Positions 37,527 to 50,752 are shown, numbered from the stretch's first letter. The stretch is DNA of 64,000 nt from Mobula hypostoma (GCF_963921235.1 NC_086097.1:194806001-194870000), one strand, 5' to 3'. Numbers and translations are program-made. The notes: generated from the sequence alone by a model not told the origin.

Positions 37527-37880
37527 ATGCAGGGCCCCAGAAAGTCCTTCCACGTGAGGCAACACTTCACTTGTGAGTCGGCTGGGGTGATATACTGCAT
37601 CCGGTGCTCCCGATGTGGCCTTTTATATATTGGCGAGACCCAACGCAGACTGGGAGACCGCTTTGCTGAACATCTACGCTCTGTCCGCCAGAGAAAGCAG
37701 GATCTCCCAGTGGCCACACATTTTAATTCCACATCCCATTCCCATTCTGACATGTTTATCCACGGCCTCCTCTACTGTAAAGATGAAGCCACACTCAGGT
37801 TGGAGGAACAACACCTTATATTCCGTCTGGGTAGCCTCCAACCTGATGGCATGAACATCGACTTCTCTAACTTCCGCTAA
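37527..37880 (+). CDS. GIY-YIG (Uri) endonuclease domain of Penelope, open but lacking RT
   Basis: GVIYCIRCSRCGLLYIGETQRRLGDRFAEH...HFN...LEEQHLI..GMN. Confidence 0.85.
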   Translation: MQGPRKSFHVRQHFTCESAGVIYCIRCSRCGLLYIGETQRRLGDRFAEHLRSVRQRKQDLPVATHFNSTSHSHSDMFIHGLLYCKDEATLRLEEQHLIFRLGSLQPDGMNIDFSNFR

Positions 37881-38175
37881 TGCCCCACCTTCCCCTCGTA
37901 CCCCATCTGTTACTTGTTTTTATACACACATTCTTTCTCTCACTCTCCTTTTTCTCCCTCTGTCCCTCTGAATATACCCCTTACCCATCCTCTGGGTCCC
38001 CCCCCACACCTTGTCTTTCTTCCCGGACCTCCTGTCCCATGATCCTCTCTTATCCCTTTTGCCGATCACCTGTCCAGCTCTTGGCTCCATCCCTCCCCCT
38101 CCTGTCTTCTCCTATCATTTTGGATCTCCCCCTCCCCCTCCAACTTCCAAATCCCTTACTCACTCTTCCTTCAGT

Positions 38176-38213
38176 TAGTCCTGATGAAGGGTCTCGGCCT
38201 GAAATGTCGACTG
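38176..38213 (+). ncRNA. Minimal type I hammerhead ribozyme motif (Penelope-associated)
   Basis: TAGTC-CTGATGA-AGG(GTCTCGG)CCT-GAAA-TG-TC-GACTG: both conserved core boxes, stem I and stem II. Confidence 0.7.
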
Positions 38214-39149
38214 CACCTCTTCCTAGAGATGCTGCCTGGCCTGCTGTGTTCACCAGCAACTTTTATGTGTGTTGCTTGGATTTCCAGCATCTGCAGAATT
38301 CCTGTTGTTTGAGGGTAAAAAGATACTGCTGGGAGTTATATACAGGTCACTGAACAGTAGCTAAAGTGTACACTATACATGCAACATGAGATAGAAAAGG
38401 CATGTAAAAAGGGCAATGTAGCAATAATGATGGGGGACTTCAATATGCAGGTCGATTGGGAAAATCCAGTTGGTGCTGGATCCCAAGGAAAGTAAATGTA
38501 GAATGCTTATGAGATGGCATTTTAGAGCGGCTTGTGATTGAGCCCACTAGGGGAACAGCAATTCTGGATTGGGTGTTATGTAATGAACCACATTTGATTA
38601 GGAAGCTTAAGGTAAAGAATCTCTTAGGGGGCAGTGATCATAGTATGATGAACTCACCCTATAGTTTGAGATAGAGACAATAAAATCAAATGTATCAGTA
38701 TTACAGTGGAGTAAAAGGAATTACAGAAGCATGAAAGAGCAGATGACCCAAAGTTGATTGGAAGGGGACACTAGCAGGAATGATGGCAGAAGAGCAGTGG
38801 CTGGTGTTTATGGGGGAATGTGGCAGGCACAGGAAAGATGCACCACAAAAATGAAGAAGTAGTCTAAAGGGAAGATGAGGCAAACATAAATAACCAGGGA
38901 AGTCAAAGACAGGATAAAAGGAAAAGAGAGAGCATATAATTTAGCAAAAATTAGAAGGCAATGGAAAAAGCAATAAAGAGAGAAAAGATGAAATATGAAG
39001 GTAAGCTAGCCAATAATATAAAAGAGGATACAAAAAGTTTTTTTTCAGATATAGTGTAAATAGTAAAAAAGAGATGTGTGTGGATATCGGACTGCTGGAT
39101 AATGGAGAGGTAGTAATGGGAGTTAAAGAAATGGCGGAGGAATATAACA

Positions 39150-40880
39150 CATATTTTGTGTTGGCAACTCATTCCACGCATTCCTGACCCTCTTGTTCCA
39201 CTTAAACTTTTCACTTTTCACTCTTAATCTATGACCTAGTTGTAGTTCTACCCAACCTCAGTGGAAAAATCACAAACAAGAGAAAATCTGCAGATGCTGG
39301 AAATCCAAGCAACACTCTCAAAATGCTGGAGGAGACAGGCCAGGCAGCATCAATGGAAAAAAGTACAGTCAACATTTTGGGCTGAAACGCTTTGGCAGGA
39401 CTGGAGAAAAAATGCTGAGGAGTAGATTTAAAAGGTGGGGAGATGGGACAGAGAAGAACTTGGTGATAGGTGAAACCTAGAGAGGGAGGGATGAAGTAAA
39501 GAGCTGGGAAATTGATTGGTGATAGACAGAAGGCCATGGAAAAAAGAAAAAGGGGGAAGGAGCACCAGAGGGAAGTGACGGGCAGGCAAGGAAATGAGCT
39601 GAGAGCGGGAAAATATGGGATGGGAAATGGAGAAGGGAGGGCATGGGGTTGTGGTGCATTACCAGAAGTTTGAGAAATCGATTTTCATGCCATCAGGTTG
39701 ATGTTACGTAAACGGAATATAAGATGTTGTTCCTCCAACCTACATGTGGTCTCATCACAATAATGGAGGAGGTCGTGGATGGATATATTGGAATGGGAAT
39801 GGGAAATGGAATTAAAATGGGTGGCCACTGAGAGATCCCACTTGTTCTGGTAGATGGAGTGTTAATGCTCAGAGAAGTGGTCTTCCAATCTACATCAGGT
39901 CCCACTGATGTACAGGAGGCCACACAGGGAGCACTGAACACAGTAAATGACCTCAACAGACTCACAGGTAAAGTGATGCCTCACTTGGAAGGACTGTTTA
40001 GGGCTCTAGATGATAAACAACAACAGACCCTGCACTGATCCCTGTAGCACTCCACTAGGCACAGGCCTCCAGTCAGAGAGGCAACCATCTACTACCACTC
40101 TCTGGCTTCTCCCACAAAGCCAATGTCTGATTGAATTTACTACCTTATCTTGAATGCCGAGTGACTGAGGCTTCCTGACCATGCAGGAGCTTGTCAAATG
40201 TCTTGCTAAAGTCCATGTAGATAACATTCACTGCCTTGCTGCCATCAGGTCTCCTGCTAACTTTCTTGGAAAACTCTATAAGATTAGAAAGACAAGACCC
40301 ACTACACACAAAGCCATGTTGACTATCCCTAATCAGTCGTTGTCTATCCAAATATTCATGTATCTGGTCCCTTAGAATACCTTCCAATAACTTTTCCACT
40401 ACTGATGCCAGGCTCACTTGCCTATAATTTCACGGTTTATTTTTAGAGTTTTTCTTAAACAGTGGAACAATATCAGCTATCCTCCAATCCTCTGGTACCT
40501 CACCTGTTCTAAGGTTGATTTAAATATCTCTGCTAGGCCCTGGAAATTTCTGTACTTGCCTCCCACAGGGTCTGAGGAAACATCTTGTCAAGCCCTGGGG
40601 ATTTATCCACTCTAATTTATTTCAAGACAGCAAACACCTCCTTCTCTGTAACCTGAATAGGGGTTATGACCTCATTGCTCCTTTGCCTCACTTCTAAAGA
40701 CTCTGTCCATTTCCCAAGTAGATACTGATGCAGAAAAATCCATTTAAGATCTCCCCCATCTCTTTTGGTCCCATGCATGGGGTACCATTCTAATCTTTCA
40801 GAGGACCAATTTTGTCCCTTGTAATCCTTTTGCTTTTAACATATCTGTAGAATCCCTTATGATTCTCCTTTACCTTGTCT
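39150..40880 (-). mobile_element. CR1 RT fragment interrupted by Penelope
   Basis: ORFs 40006-40227 (SGVLQGSV) and 40145-40417 (MDFSKTFDK); same subfamily as 722-2608. Confidence 0.85.
39270..40005 (-). mobile_element. Penelope fragment (GIY-YIG end plus 3' region)
   Basis: Reverse-complement similarity to 37530-38310; degenerate hammerhead motif at ~39366-39402. Confidence 0.85.
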
Positions 40881-41953
40881 GCCAGTCAGCTAGTCTTCTA
40901 TCCATACTAACACTTTTCCTGTAATACCATGGGCTCTTAACTTAACGAGTGGGGGTCATTTCTGGTAAGCTGCTAGTGACTGTGTGCCACAGGGGTTGGA
41001 GTTGGGACAGCTTCCTTTCACGTTATATGTCAATGATTTGGATGAAGGAATTTATGGCTTTGTGGCTAAGTTTGCAGACGATACAAAAGTAGGTAGAGGG
41101 GCAGGCAATGTTGAGGAAGCAAGAGGACTTAGACAGGCTGGGGGGCTGGGCAAAAAAGTGGCAGATGGAATGTAATGTAGAAATAAAAGTGTGGCCTATT
41201 TTCTAAATGGGGAAAAAATACATAAATCAGAGGTACAGAGGGACTTTGGTGTCCTTGTACAGGATTCCCTAAAGGTTAACTTGCCTGTTGAGTTGTGCAG
41301 GATTCCCTAAAAGTTCTTGCTAGTTGAGTCAAGGAAGGCAAACACAATGTCAACGTTCATTTGAGAAACTAGAATACAAAAGAAGGATATGATGCTGAGG
41401 CTTTATGAGGCATTGGTCAGCCCGCATTGTGAGCAGTTTTGGGCCCCCTATCTAAGAAAAGATATGCTAGCATTGGAGAATGTCCAGAGGATTTTCACAA
41501 AAATAATTCCTGGAATGAAAGGATTAACATATGAGGAGTGTTAGATAGCTCTGGGCCTGTATTCACTGGAGTTTGGAAGAATGAAGGGGATCTCATTGCA
41601 ACCAATTGAATATTGAAAGGTCTGGATAAAGTGGATTTGGCGAGAATGTCTCCTTTAGTGAGCTAGCCTCAGCCTCAGAATTGAGGGACGTCAATTTAGA
41701 ATAGAGATGAGGTAAAATTTCTTTAGCCAAAAGGTAGTGAATCTATGGAATTCCTTACCACGGATGGATGTGCAGGCCAAATCATTGGATATATTTAAGG
41801 TGAAAGTTGATAGGTTCTTGATAAATCAGGATATCAAAGGTTATGAAGAGAAGACCGGAGAATGGGTTTGAGAGGGATAATAAATTAGCCATGATGGAAT
41901 GGTGGAGCAGATTTGTTGGACCAAATGACCTAATTCTGCTCCTATGTCTTATG
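40878..41953 (+). mobile_element. CR1 3' portion with a short inverted 5' segment
   Basis: VPQGLELG..YVNDLDE..KFADDTK; CR1 tail; 40878-40943 is the upstream RT sequence in reverse orientation. Confidence 0.8.
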
Positions 41954-42808
41954 TGAGAGTCTCTCTACCACTATTCACTTCCGGAGCACAAGTACTAAAC
42001 CTACTGTAATGTCACACTCCCTTTCTAAACAACCGCTGGTCCCCAGGTCTCTGTCCTAGTAACTTCTCACTCACTACTGGTGAGATTTGATTCCTCACCT
42101 CACCTATCACTGCCACAGATTATATGGCAAGATTTCAGCTACATAACGGTGCAATGCCTGTTCTATTTCACAGTGACACATCTGGCCTTGGTGGAAGCTG
42201 AATTTTCATCAAGAATTTGGGGTGGCAAAACTGTGACTAATAGACTCCTCTGGTTTATCATTCCTGAACATTCTGAATGCAAGGCAATTGTCCTATTAGT
42301 ACAGACACCTTGAACTAAGACTGACTGTGGGTGATTTAAGGCACTAATTAAAACTTCAAGCCCTGGCTGAGCACGAATCCATGGTGCAAAATCTGCCTTT
42401 CAATTGGCAAAAGAAAAGGGAAAAAAATGTATAAAATGTCAGGCTTTTGACTGGCTTAAAGTGGGTGTCACTATGTTTTCCAAGCATGAGTTATGAAGAT
42501 GTTACCAGTGACCTTCTGTAAAATTGACTTGGCTCTGTCCTGCTGAAAACTACAGTAATTGTTTGTTTCATTTCACTATTAATAGCTGAAAGCACATAGC
42601 TGAGTTTAATGCATTGTGAAGCAAATGCCAAGTCAGATTCCATATTTGGTCAAACAGAATCTCACAGGAGTTGTGCAAGTTCCGTAAACAACATATCTCA
42701 GTTATGTACATTGCATATCTGATCACTAACCCATAAAATGACATTGTACATTACACTTCTAGAATTCTCTGAAGCAATAGTTGGTATTTCAGCCAATACC
42801 AGGGTGTA

Positions 42809-42850
42809 TACACACACACACACACACACACACATACGCACACACACACA

Positions 42851-42890
<40 letters not shown>
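42809..42890. repeat. (CA)n microsatellite
   Basis: Seen directly. Confidence 0.97.
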
Positions 42891-42894
<4 letters not shown>

Positions 42895-43105
42895 AAATGT
42901 CTCTTGAAATACCTATTCCAAAATGGACATTCATATTTGACCACTAGAGATCACTCTAACTTAAAATGAACAATGAGACATCATATATTAAAAACTTAAA
43001 AGCAAATATGGAAAAGAGTTTCCAAAAGTTTTTCCCATGTACTTAATTCGAAAGAATCACGTTATCTTGCTCGATTTAAAGTAATGGTAGAGGCTATCCA
43101 ATAGT

Positions 43106-43436
43106 GGGCAGCATGGTAGGGTAGCAGTTAGTGGAATTGCTTTACAGCACCAGTAATCAGTGATCGTGGTTCGCTTCTCTCTGCTGTCTATTAGGAGCTT
43201 GTATGTTCACATCGTGACTGCATGGATTTCCTCTGAGTGCTCCAGTTACTTCCCACATTCCAAAGATGTACAGTTAAGATGAGTAATTTGTGGGCATGCA
43301 ATACTGGTGCCAGAAGCATTGTGACACCTGTGAATGGTCCCTGGCACATCGCAAAAGAAACCGATGATGCAAATGATGCATTTCACTGTATAGTTCAATG
43401 TACATTTGACACACATAAAGCTAATATTTATCCATA
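43106..43436 (+). mobile_element. tRNA-derived V-SINE-like SINE
   Basis: GGGCAGCATGGTAG A-box-like head, GGTTCG B-box, core GGATTTCCTCTGAGTGCTCCAGTTACTTCCCACATTCCAAAGA. Confidence 0.75.
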
Positions 43437-43477
43437 ATCATCATAAAATGATGAGGGTGTGTGGTTATGGATCAAGG

Positions 43478-43566
43478 AGAGAGAGAGAGAAAGAGAGGAA
43501 GAGAGAGAGAGGGGGGAGAGAGAGAGCGAGAGGGAGAGAGAGAGGGAGAGGGAGAGGGAGAGAGAA
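43478..43566. repeat. (GA)n / purine-rich microsatellite
   Basis: Seen directly. Confidence 0.95.
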
Positions 43567-46500
43567 AAAGAAAACAAAAAGCCAATCTTCTCACTGACTC
43601 CGGAAATGAGGGAAAATACTATAAACACTAGCCAATCCGACCATTAACTAGAAGTTTCAAACTAAAGCTTGATGGCTTGGTAGTAGTAGATTGATACTAA
43701 ATAAATGCTGCTCCTTAACTGTGTCAGTCTAAATGGTAGTCTTCTTTCCCAGAACCAGCTCAAGGGATCATCTTCTTTCCCAGAATCAGGGAGCATTGAT
43801 GCTTCTGTGTTTTTGGTCAAGCTTTGACAGGACTGAAATGACAGGAGGGGAGTTAAATACCACCACACTGGAACACTAATTGGCTGGAATGTGTGTGATT
43901 GCTGAACGCATTGTGCAAACCACCTGTGAGGACATTCACTCCCCATGGCAGAGTCCAAGGTTGTGACACTACTCCCCTCCCTATGTGCAGTTCCTGAGGC
44001 ACCAGGGACCTGTGCCTGCCAAAATGAGAGACTTGTCCAAGGGTCAGAACCCAAGAACGTTCCTCAGGGCCATACCCCACCCAATCCTTGAGATACTGGT
44101 CCTGCCCCACACTGGAGAGATACCAGGAGGTGCTGCACAGAATAGGGCAGGGACCCATCCATCAAGTGGAGGGGAGTAGGAGGGGGTGACTGGAGAAAGA
44201 CGGGGGTTGGTAGTCACCAGCTTGTGCTGAGAAAGATGAAACTTTGGATGAATCTTCATTGATGATGGTAGCTGCAATCTATATGAGATCTTGTTAATAG
44301 ACTTCTCCATTATGAATGATCCAACATAGTGTGACGCCATCTTGCAGCTCTCAACATTCAAGGGAAGATCTCTAGATGCCAGCTAGACTCTCTTCTGACT
44401 TGAAAGGCATCACCTGTCAGTGGAGCTGATCAGTCTGATGGGCATGTTGTTTCTGACCATGCAGCAGAGAAGCACTGGCCCATCTCCATGCACGCAGGGA
44501 GCATTGGATCAACTGTTCAGCAGCAGAAGCTCCCACATCAATCTCTTGGTCAGGGAAGAACAGAGGCTAGAATCCCTTCTGGCATTCAAAGGGGGACATG
44601 CCAACTGGAGGTAATTGTGGACAATCTCTGCCCAAACCATTTGGAAGCCCCAGGACATGGGGTTGAAGGAGACAAGGTAGTATAGAGTTTTCTTCAGTTC
44701 CTGACTTGTTCCCTCAATCTGGCTGTTAGATTAGAGGTGGAAATCAGATGAGAAGCTGGCTGTGGCTCCTACAAGGGAACAGAAGGCTTTCGAAAAATGG
44801 AATGTGAACTGTGGGTCTCAATCAGACACTACGCCCTGAGGGACACAGTGCAGCCTGAACACGAGCAGAACCAGGATGGTGGCAGTCCCTTGAGCTGATA
44901 GGAGCTTCGGGAGAGAATGAAGTGGGCAGTCTTGGAGAATTGGTCCACAACTGCCAGACTGATAAAGCTTCCATCAGATGGGAGCAGAACAGTGATGAAA
45001 TCCACTAAGAGCACAGGCCACCGAAAAAACAGAACCGCAGGGTGCTGGCATAATGTCTTGTTCTAGGCATAAGTGGGACAGACAGAGACAAAGTCACAGA
45101 CACCCTGGGTCATAGCTGGCCAGCAAAATAGTCCATTGATAAATTCCAGGGTTCATTGAAATCCTTGATGTCTAACCGGATGGGAGGAATAACTCTATTC
45201 TAACACTCTGGGGTGCAGGGACAACCAGTCACTTGGGAGGTCCCCACCTGGGTCTGGACCACGCTGTTGGGCAGCCCTCACCTCCACCTCTGTTCCCCAA
45301 ATCACCGGAGCAACAATGCATGACTGAGGATGGATGGACTCTGGATCAGCGTGGTCCTCAGTCACATTGAACTGCCAGGAGAGAGCACTGGCCTTGCTGC
45401 CGGGATGGTAGGTGAGAGTGAAATTAAACCAGATGAAGAAGAGAGCCTAATGGCCATAATGGGAGTTGAGTTGCTTAGCTTTCTGAATAAAGGAGTGGTT
45501 CTTGTAGTCTGCCCATATTAGAAATGGGAGCTCTGCCCCTCTTCAGCCAATATTTTTATGCTTCCAGGGCTTCCTTGAAAGCTGGAAATTCTCCATTCCC
45601 AACATTATAGTTCCACTCAGTAGGAGACGGGCAACGGGAAAGAAAGGTATGGGGGTGCAAGTAATTATCTGTGGAAGAGTGCTGGGAAAGTATTGCTCCA
45701 ATGTCAGCCTCTGATACATCTAATTTGACAATTAATGGACAGGATAGGTCTGGATGTTGCAGAACTGGGGCAGTGGTGCAGCATTGCTTTAGTTCCCAGA
45801 ATGCTTCGTCTGCTTCTCTTGTCCAAAGGAATTATGCAGAGGTGTTTCTTGGTGAGTGCATTTATGGGGGTCTCAATGAAACTGAAGTTTCTGAAGAAAT
45901 GGTGATAAAGGCTAGAAACCCCATGAAGCGCCACACCTGTTTGACCATAGATGGTTGAGCCATTCTGTGACTACCTGAACTTTACACAGGTCCATTTGAA
46001 CACTGGAAAGGATGAAGAGGATATAGCCCAAAAATAACACCTGCTCTTCACAGAACTCACATTTCTCTGCTTGGCATAAAGGTTATTCCTGAGGAGCTGT
46101 CTGAAAACCCTTCAGACATGCTGGACATATTCCTGGTCAGAGCAGGTCAGAATGTTATCCAAATACATGAAAACAAGATGATTCAACGTAGTCCAGAGCA
46201 CATCAATGACCAGGGCCTGAAAAACAGCAGGAGCATTGACCAGATCAAAGGACATTTCAAGGTACTCATAATGGCCAGTGCAAGTGTTGAAGGCTGTCTT
46301 CCACTCGTCCCCTTCTCAGATATGAACCGGGTTGGAAGCATTGCGCAGATCTATCTCGGAAAATATAGTGGCTTCCTAGAGATGTTCGAACACAGACCCA
46401 AAGAGGGGAAGAGGGTAGCAGTTCTTCACTGTGGAGTTGTTGAGGGGCTGATAATCAATGCAGGGACGTAGCTTGTCATCTTTCCTGCTCACTAAACAGA

Positions 46501-46599
46501 AGCCTGCCCCTCCTGATAAGGTTGATGGGCATATAAATCCTAAAGCCAACATCTCCTTGTACGTCTGCTTGATGTACAGGGAGGTAGTCACACCTAGGC

Positions 46600-47345
46600 T
46601 GCCGGAAGCAGGTTGTTGGGTGACAGTCAGAGGGGGGAAAGCGAAGGTGAGCAGACAGGTAGTGCAGAGCTCCCCTGTAGCCATTCCCCTAAACAATAAG
46701 TATACCATCCTGGATACTGTTGGCGGAGACGACTGACCAGGTGTGAGCCACGGTGGCAGGGCCTCCGGCACTGAGTCTGACCCGGCGGTGCAGAAGGGTG
46801 CGACGGAGAAGAGGAGAGCTGTCGTCATTGGAGACTCTATAGTCAGGGGAGCAGACTGGAGATTTTGTGGACGTGAGAAGGACACCCACATGGTTTGTTG
46901 CCTCCCGGGTGCCAGGGACCGGGATGTCTCTGACCGGGTGCAGGACATCCTGATACGAGAGGGAAAGCAGCCAGAAGTCGTGATACATGTTGGTACCAAC
47001 GACATAGGCAGGAAGAGGGATGAGGTCCTGAAGTGTGAGTTTTGGGAACTAGGCAGAAGGCTGAAGAACAGGACCTCAAGGGTGGCGTGCTCAGGATTGC
47101 TGCCAGTGCTACGTGATAGTGATTGTAAGAATTAGAGGAGAAGGCAGTTGAATGCGTGGCTGAGGAGTTGGTGCAGAGAGCAGGGTTTTAGATTTTTGGA
47201 TCATTGGGATCTCTTCTGGGGAAGGTGGAACCTGTACAGATTGGATGGGTTGCACCTGAACCCGAAGGGGAGCAAGATCCTTGCAGGTAGGTTTGCTAGC
47301 ATGGTTTGGGAGGGTTTAAACTAATTTGCAAGGGGGATGGGACCC
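46600..47345 (+). pseudogene. CR1 ORF1, SGNH/GDSL esterase-like domain, with stops
   Basis: GDS, GTND and DGLH motifs. Confidence 0.85.
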
Positions 47346-47439
47346 AGAGCGATAGAGCAGTGAAAGAAGTGCATGGAGTAAAGCCAGATCTAACATTTAG
47401 AGAGGCTTTGAGGAAAGAGAAGCAGAATAAACGGTGTAA

Positions 47440-50400
47440 AGACAGTAAGGTAGAAGGGCTGAAATGTGTGTACCTCAATGCAAGAAGCATCAGGAACAAA
47501 GGTGATGAACTGAGAGCTTGGATACATACATGGAATTATGATGTAGTGGCCATTACAGAGACTTGGCTGGCACCAGGGCAGGAATGGATTCTCAATATTC
47601 CTGGATTTCAGTGCTTTAAAAGGGATAGAGAGGGTGTAAAAAGGGGAGGAGGAGTGGCATTACTGGTCAGGGATACTATTACGGCTACAGAAACGGTGGG
47701 TAATGTAGCAGAATCCTCTTTTGAGTCATTATGGGTGGAAGTCAGGAACAGGAAGGGAGCAGTTACTCTATTGGGGGTATTCTATAGGCCCCCTGGTAGC
47801 AGCAGAGATACAGAGGAGCAGATTGGGAGGCAGATTTTGGAAAGGTGCAAAAATAACAGGGTTGTTATCATGGGTGACTTTAACTTCCCTAATATTGATT
47901 GGCACCTGATTAGTTCCAAGGGTTTAGATGGGGCAGAGTTTGTTAAGTTTGTCCAGGACGGATTCCTGTCACAATATGTGGACAGGCCGACTGGGGGAAT
48001 GCCATACTAGATCTAGTACTAGGTAATGAACCGGGTCAGGTCACAGATCTCTCAGTGGGTGAGCATCTGGGGGACAGTGACCACCGCTCCCTGGCCTTTA
48101 GCATTATCATGGAAAAGGATAGAATCAGAGAGGACAGGAAAATTTTTAATTGGGGAAGGGCAAATTATGAGGCTATAAGGCTAGAACTTGCGGGTGTGAA
48201 TTGGGATGATGTTTTTGCAGGGAATTGTACTATGGACATGTGGTTGATGTTTAGAGATCTCTTGCAGGATGTTAGGGATAAATTTGTTCCAGTGAGGAAG
48301 ATAAAGAATGGCAGGGTAAGGGAACTATGGGTGACAAGTGAGGTGGAAAACCTAGTCAGGTGGAAGAAGGCAGCATACATGAAGTTTAGGAAGCAAGGAT
48401 CAGATGGGTCTATTGAGGAATATAGGGAAGCAAGAAAGGAGCTTAAGAAGGGGCTGAGAAGTTCAAGAAGGGGGCATGAGAAGGCCTTAGCGAGTAGGAT
48501 AAAGGAAAACCCCAAGGCATTCTTCAATTATGTGAAGAAAAAAAAGATGACAGGAGTGAAGGTAGGAATGATTAGAGATAAAGGTGGGAAGATGTGCTTG
48601 GAGGCTCTGGAAGTGAGCGAGGTCCTCAATGAATACTTCCCTTCGGTATTCACCAATGAGAGGGAACTTGATGATGGTGAGGACAATATGAGTGAGGTTG
48701 ATGTTCTGGAGCATGTTGATATTAAGGGAGAGGAGGTTTTGGAGTTGTTAAACTACATTAGGTCAGATAAGTCCCCGGGACCTGATGGAATATTCCCCAA
48801 GCTGCTCCACGAGGCAAGGGAAGAGATTGCTGAGCCTCTGGCTAGGATCTTTATGTCCTCGTTGTCCATGGGAATGGTACCTGAGGATTGGAGGGAGGCG
48901 AATGTTGTCCTCTTGTTCAAAAAAGGTAGCAGGGATAGTCCGGGTAATTATAGACCAGTGAGCCTTACGTCTGTGGTGGGAAAGCTGTTGGAAAAGATTC
49001 TTAGAAATAGAACCTATGGGCATTTAGAGAATCATGGTCTGATCAGGGACCGTCAGCATGGCTTTGTGAAGGGCAGATCATGTCTAACATGCCTGATAGA
49101 GTTCTTGGAGGAGGTGACCATGTATATAGATGAGGGTAGTGCAGTGGATGTGATATATATGGATTTTAGTAAGGCATTTGACAAGGTTCCACACAGTAGG
49201 CTTATTCAGAAAGTCAGAAGGCGTGGGATCCAGGGAAGCTTGGCCAGGTGGATTCAGAATTGGCTTGCCTGCAGAAGGCAGAGGGTGGTGGTGGAGGGAG
49301 TACATTCAGATTGGAGGATTGTGACTAGTGGTGTCCCACAAGGATCTGTTCTGGGACCTCTACTTTTCGTGATTTTTATTAATGACCTGGATGTGGGGGT
49401 AGAGGGGTTGGGTGGCAAGTTTGCAGATGACACAAAGGTTGGTGGTGTTGTAGGTAGTGTAGAGGATTGTCAAAGATTGCAGAGAGACATTGATAGGATG
49501 CAGAAGTGGGCTGAGAAGTGGCAGATGGAGTTCAACCTGGAGAAGTGTGAGGTGGTACACTTTGGAAGGACAAACTTCAAGGCAGAGTACAAAGTAAATG
49601 GCAGGATACTTGGTAGTGTGGAGGGGCAGAGGGATCTGGGGGTACATGTCCACAGATCCCTGAAAGTTGCCTCACAGGTAGATAGGGTAGTTAAGAAAGC
49701 TTATGGAGTGTTTACTTTCATAAGTTGAGGGATAGAATTTAAGAGTCGCGATGTAATGATGCAGCTCTATAAAACGTAAACACGAGGAATTCTGCAGATG
49801 CTGGAAATTCAAGCCACACACATCAAAGTTGCTGGTGAACGCAGCAGGCCAGGCAACATCTCTAGGAAGAGGTACTGTCGACGTTTCGGGCCGAGAGACC
49901 CTCCTGACGAAGGGTCTCAGCCCGAAACGTCGACTGTACCTCTTCCTAGAGATTCTGCCTGGCCTGCTGTGTTCAGCAGCAACTTTGATGTGTGTTGTAG
50001 CTCTATAAAACTCTGGTTAGGCCACACTTGGAGTACTGTGTCCAGTTCTGGTCACCTCACTATAGGAAGGATGTGGAAGCATTGGAAAGGGTATAGAGGA
50101 GATTTATTAGGATGCTGCCTGGTTTAGAGAGTATGCATTATGATCAGAGATTAAGGGAGCTAGGGCTTTACTCTTTGGAGAGAAGGAGGATGAGAGGAGA
50201 CATGATAGAGGTGTACAAGATAATAAGAGGAATAGCTAGAGTGGATAGCCAGTGCCTCTTCCCCAGGGCACCACTGCTCAATACAAGAGGACACGGCTTT
50301 AAGGTAAGGTGTGGGAAGTTCAAGGGGGATATTAGAGGAGGAAGAGAGAGTGGTTGGTGCGTGGAATGCACTGCCTGAGTCAGTGATGGAGGCAGATACA

Positions 50401-50485
50401 CTCGTGAAGTTTAAGAGACTACTAGACAAGTATATGGAGGAATTTAAGGTGGGAGCTTATATGGGAGACAGCGTTTGAGGGTCGG
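47440..50485 (+). pseudogene. CR1 ORF2 (APE-RT), frameshifted at ~48000 and interrupted at 49776
   Basis: YLNARSI, ITETW, GDFN, SDH; DFSKAFDKV, GVPQGSVLGP, FADD. Confidence 0.9.
49776..49996. mobile_element. Penelope-derived fold-back mini-element
   Basis: 15-bp TSD G(C/T)AGCTCTATAAAAC (49761-49775 / 49997-50011); ~85-bp inverted arms. Confidence 0.9.
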
Positions 50486-50752
50486 CATAACATTGTGGGC
50501 CGAAGGGCCTGTAATGTGCTGTACTATACTTTGTTCTTTGTTCTTTATTTGTTCCACATCCATCATTTCTGGATGAGAGAGGGAAAAGAGTAGGCCCCAG
50601 GGAGGACTAGTACCAGGTAAGAGGTCAATGGCATAGTCATACGGCCGATGTGGAGGCAGGTCGGGGCTTTCTTTTTACTGAAGACCTCAAGAAAGTCAAC
50701 ATATTCAGCCAGAATGCCAGACAGGTCTGCATTAGCAGTTGGCACAGGAGGG

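Larger units (their letters stand above)
37352..38310 (+). mobile_element. Penelope-like element, 5'-truncated
   Basis: 10-bp TSD GAGGGTAAAA (37342-37351 / 38311-38320); GIY-YIG ORF; pyrimidine-rich 3' region. Confidence 0.92.
37265..39145 (+). mobile_element. CR1 APE-region fragment split by a Penelope insertion
   Basis: IMGDFN and GGSDH remnants on either side of the TSD. Confidence 0.75.
46561..50545 (+). mobile_element. Young near-full-length CR1 (ORF1 esterase domain plus ORF2)
   Basis: ORF1 VVIGDSIVRG..HVGTND..DGLHL; ORF2 APE and RT (ORFs 47306-48010 and 48055-49728); (TTGTTCT)n tail. Confidence 0.95.

Noticed and set aside
42698..43647. HT/CV/RE-repeat ORFs (also 12507-12904)
   Set aside because: Translations of (CA)n and (GA)n microsatellites.
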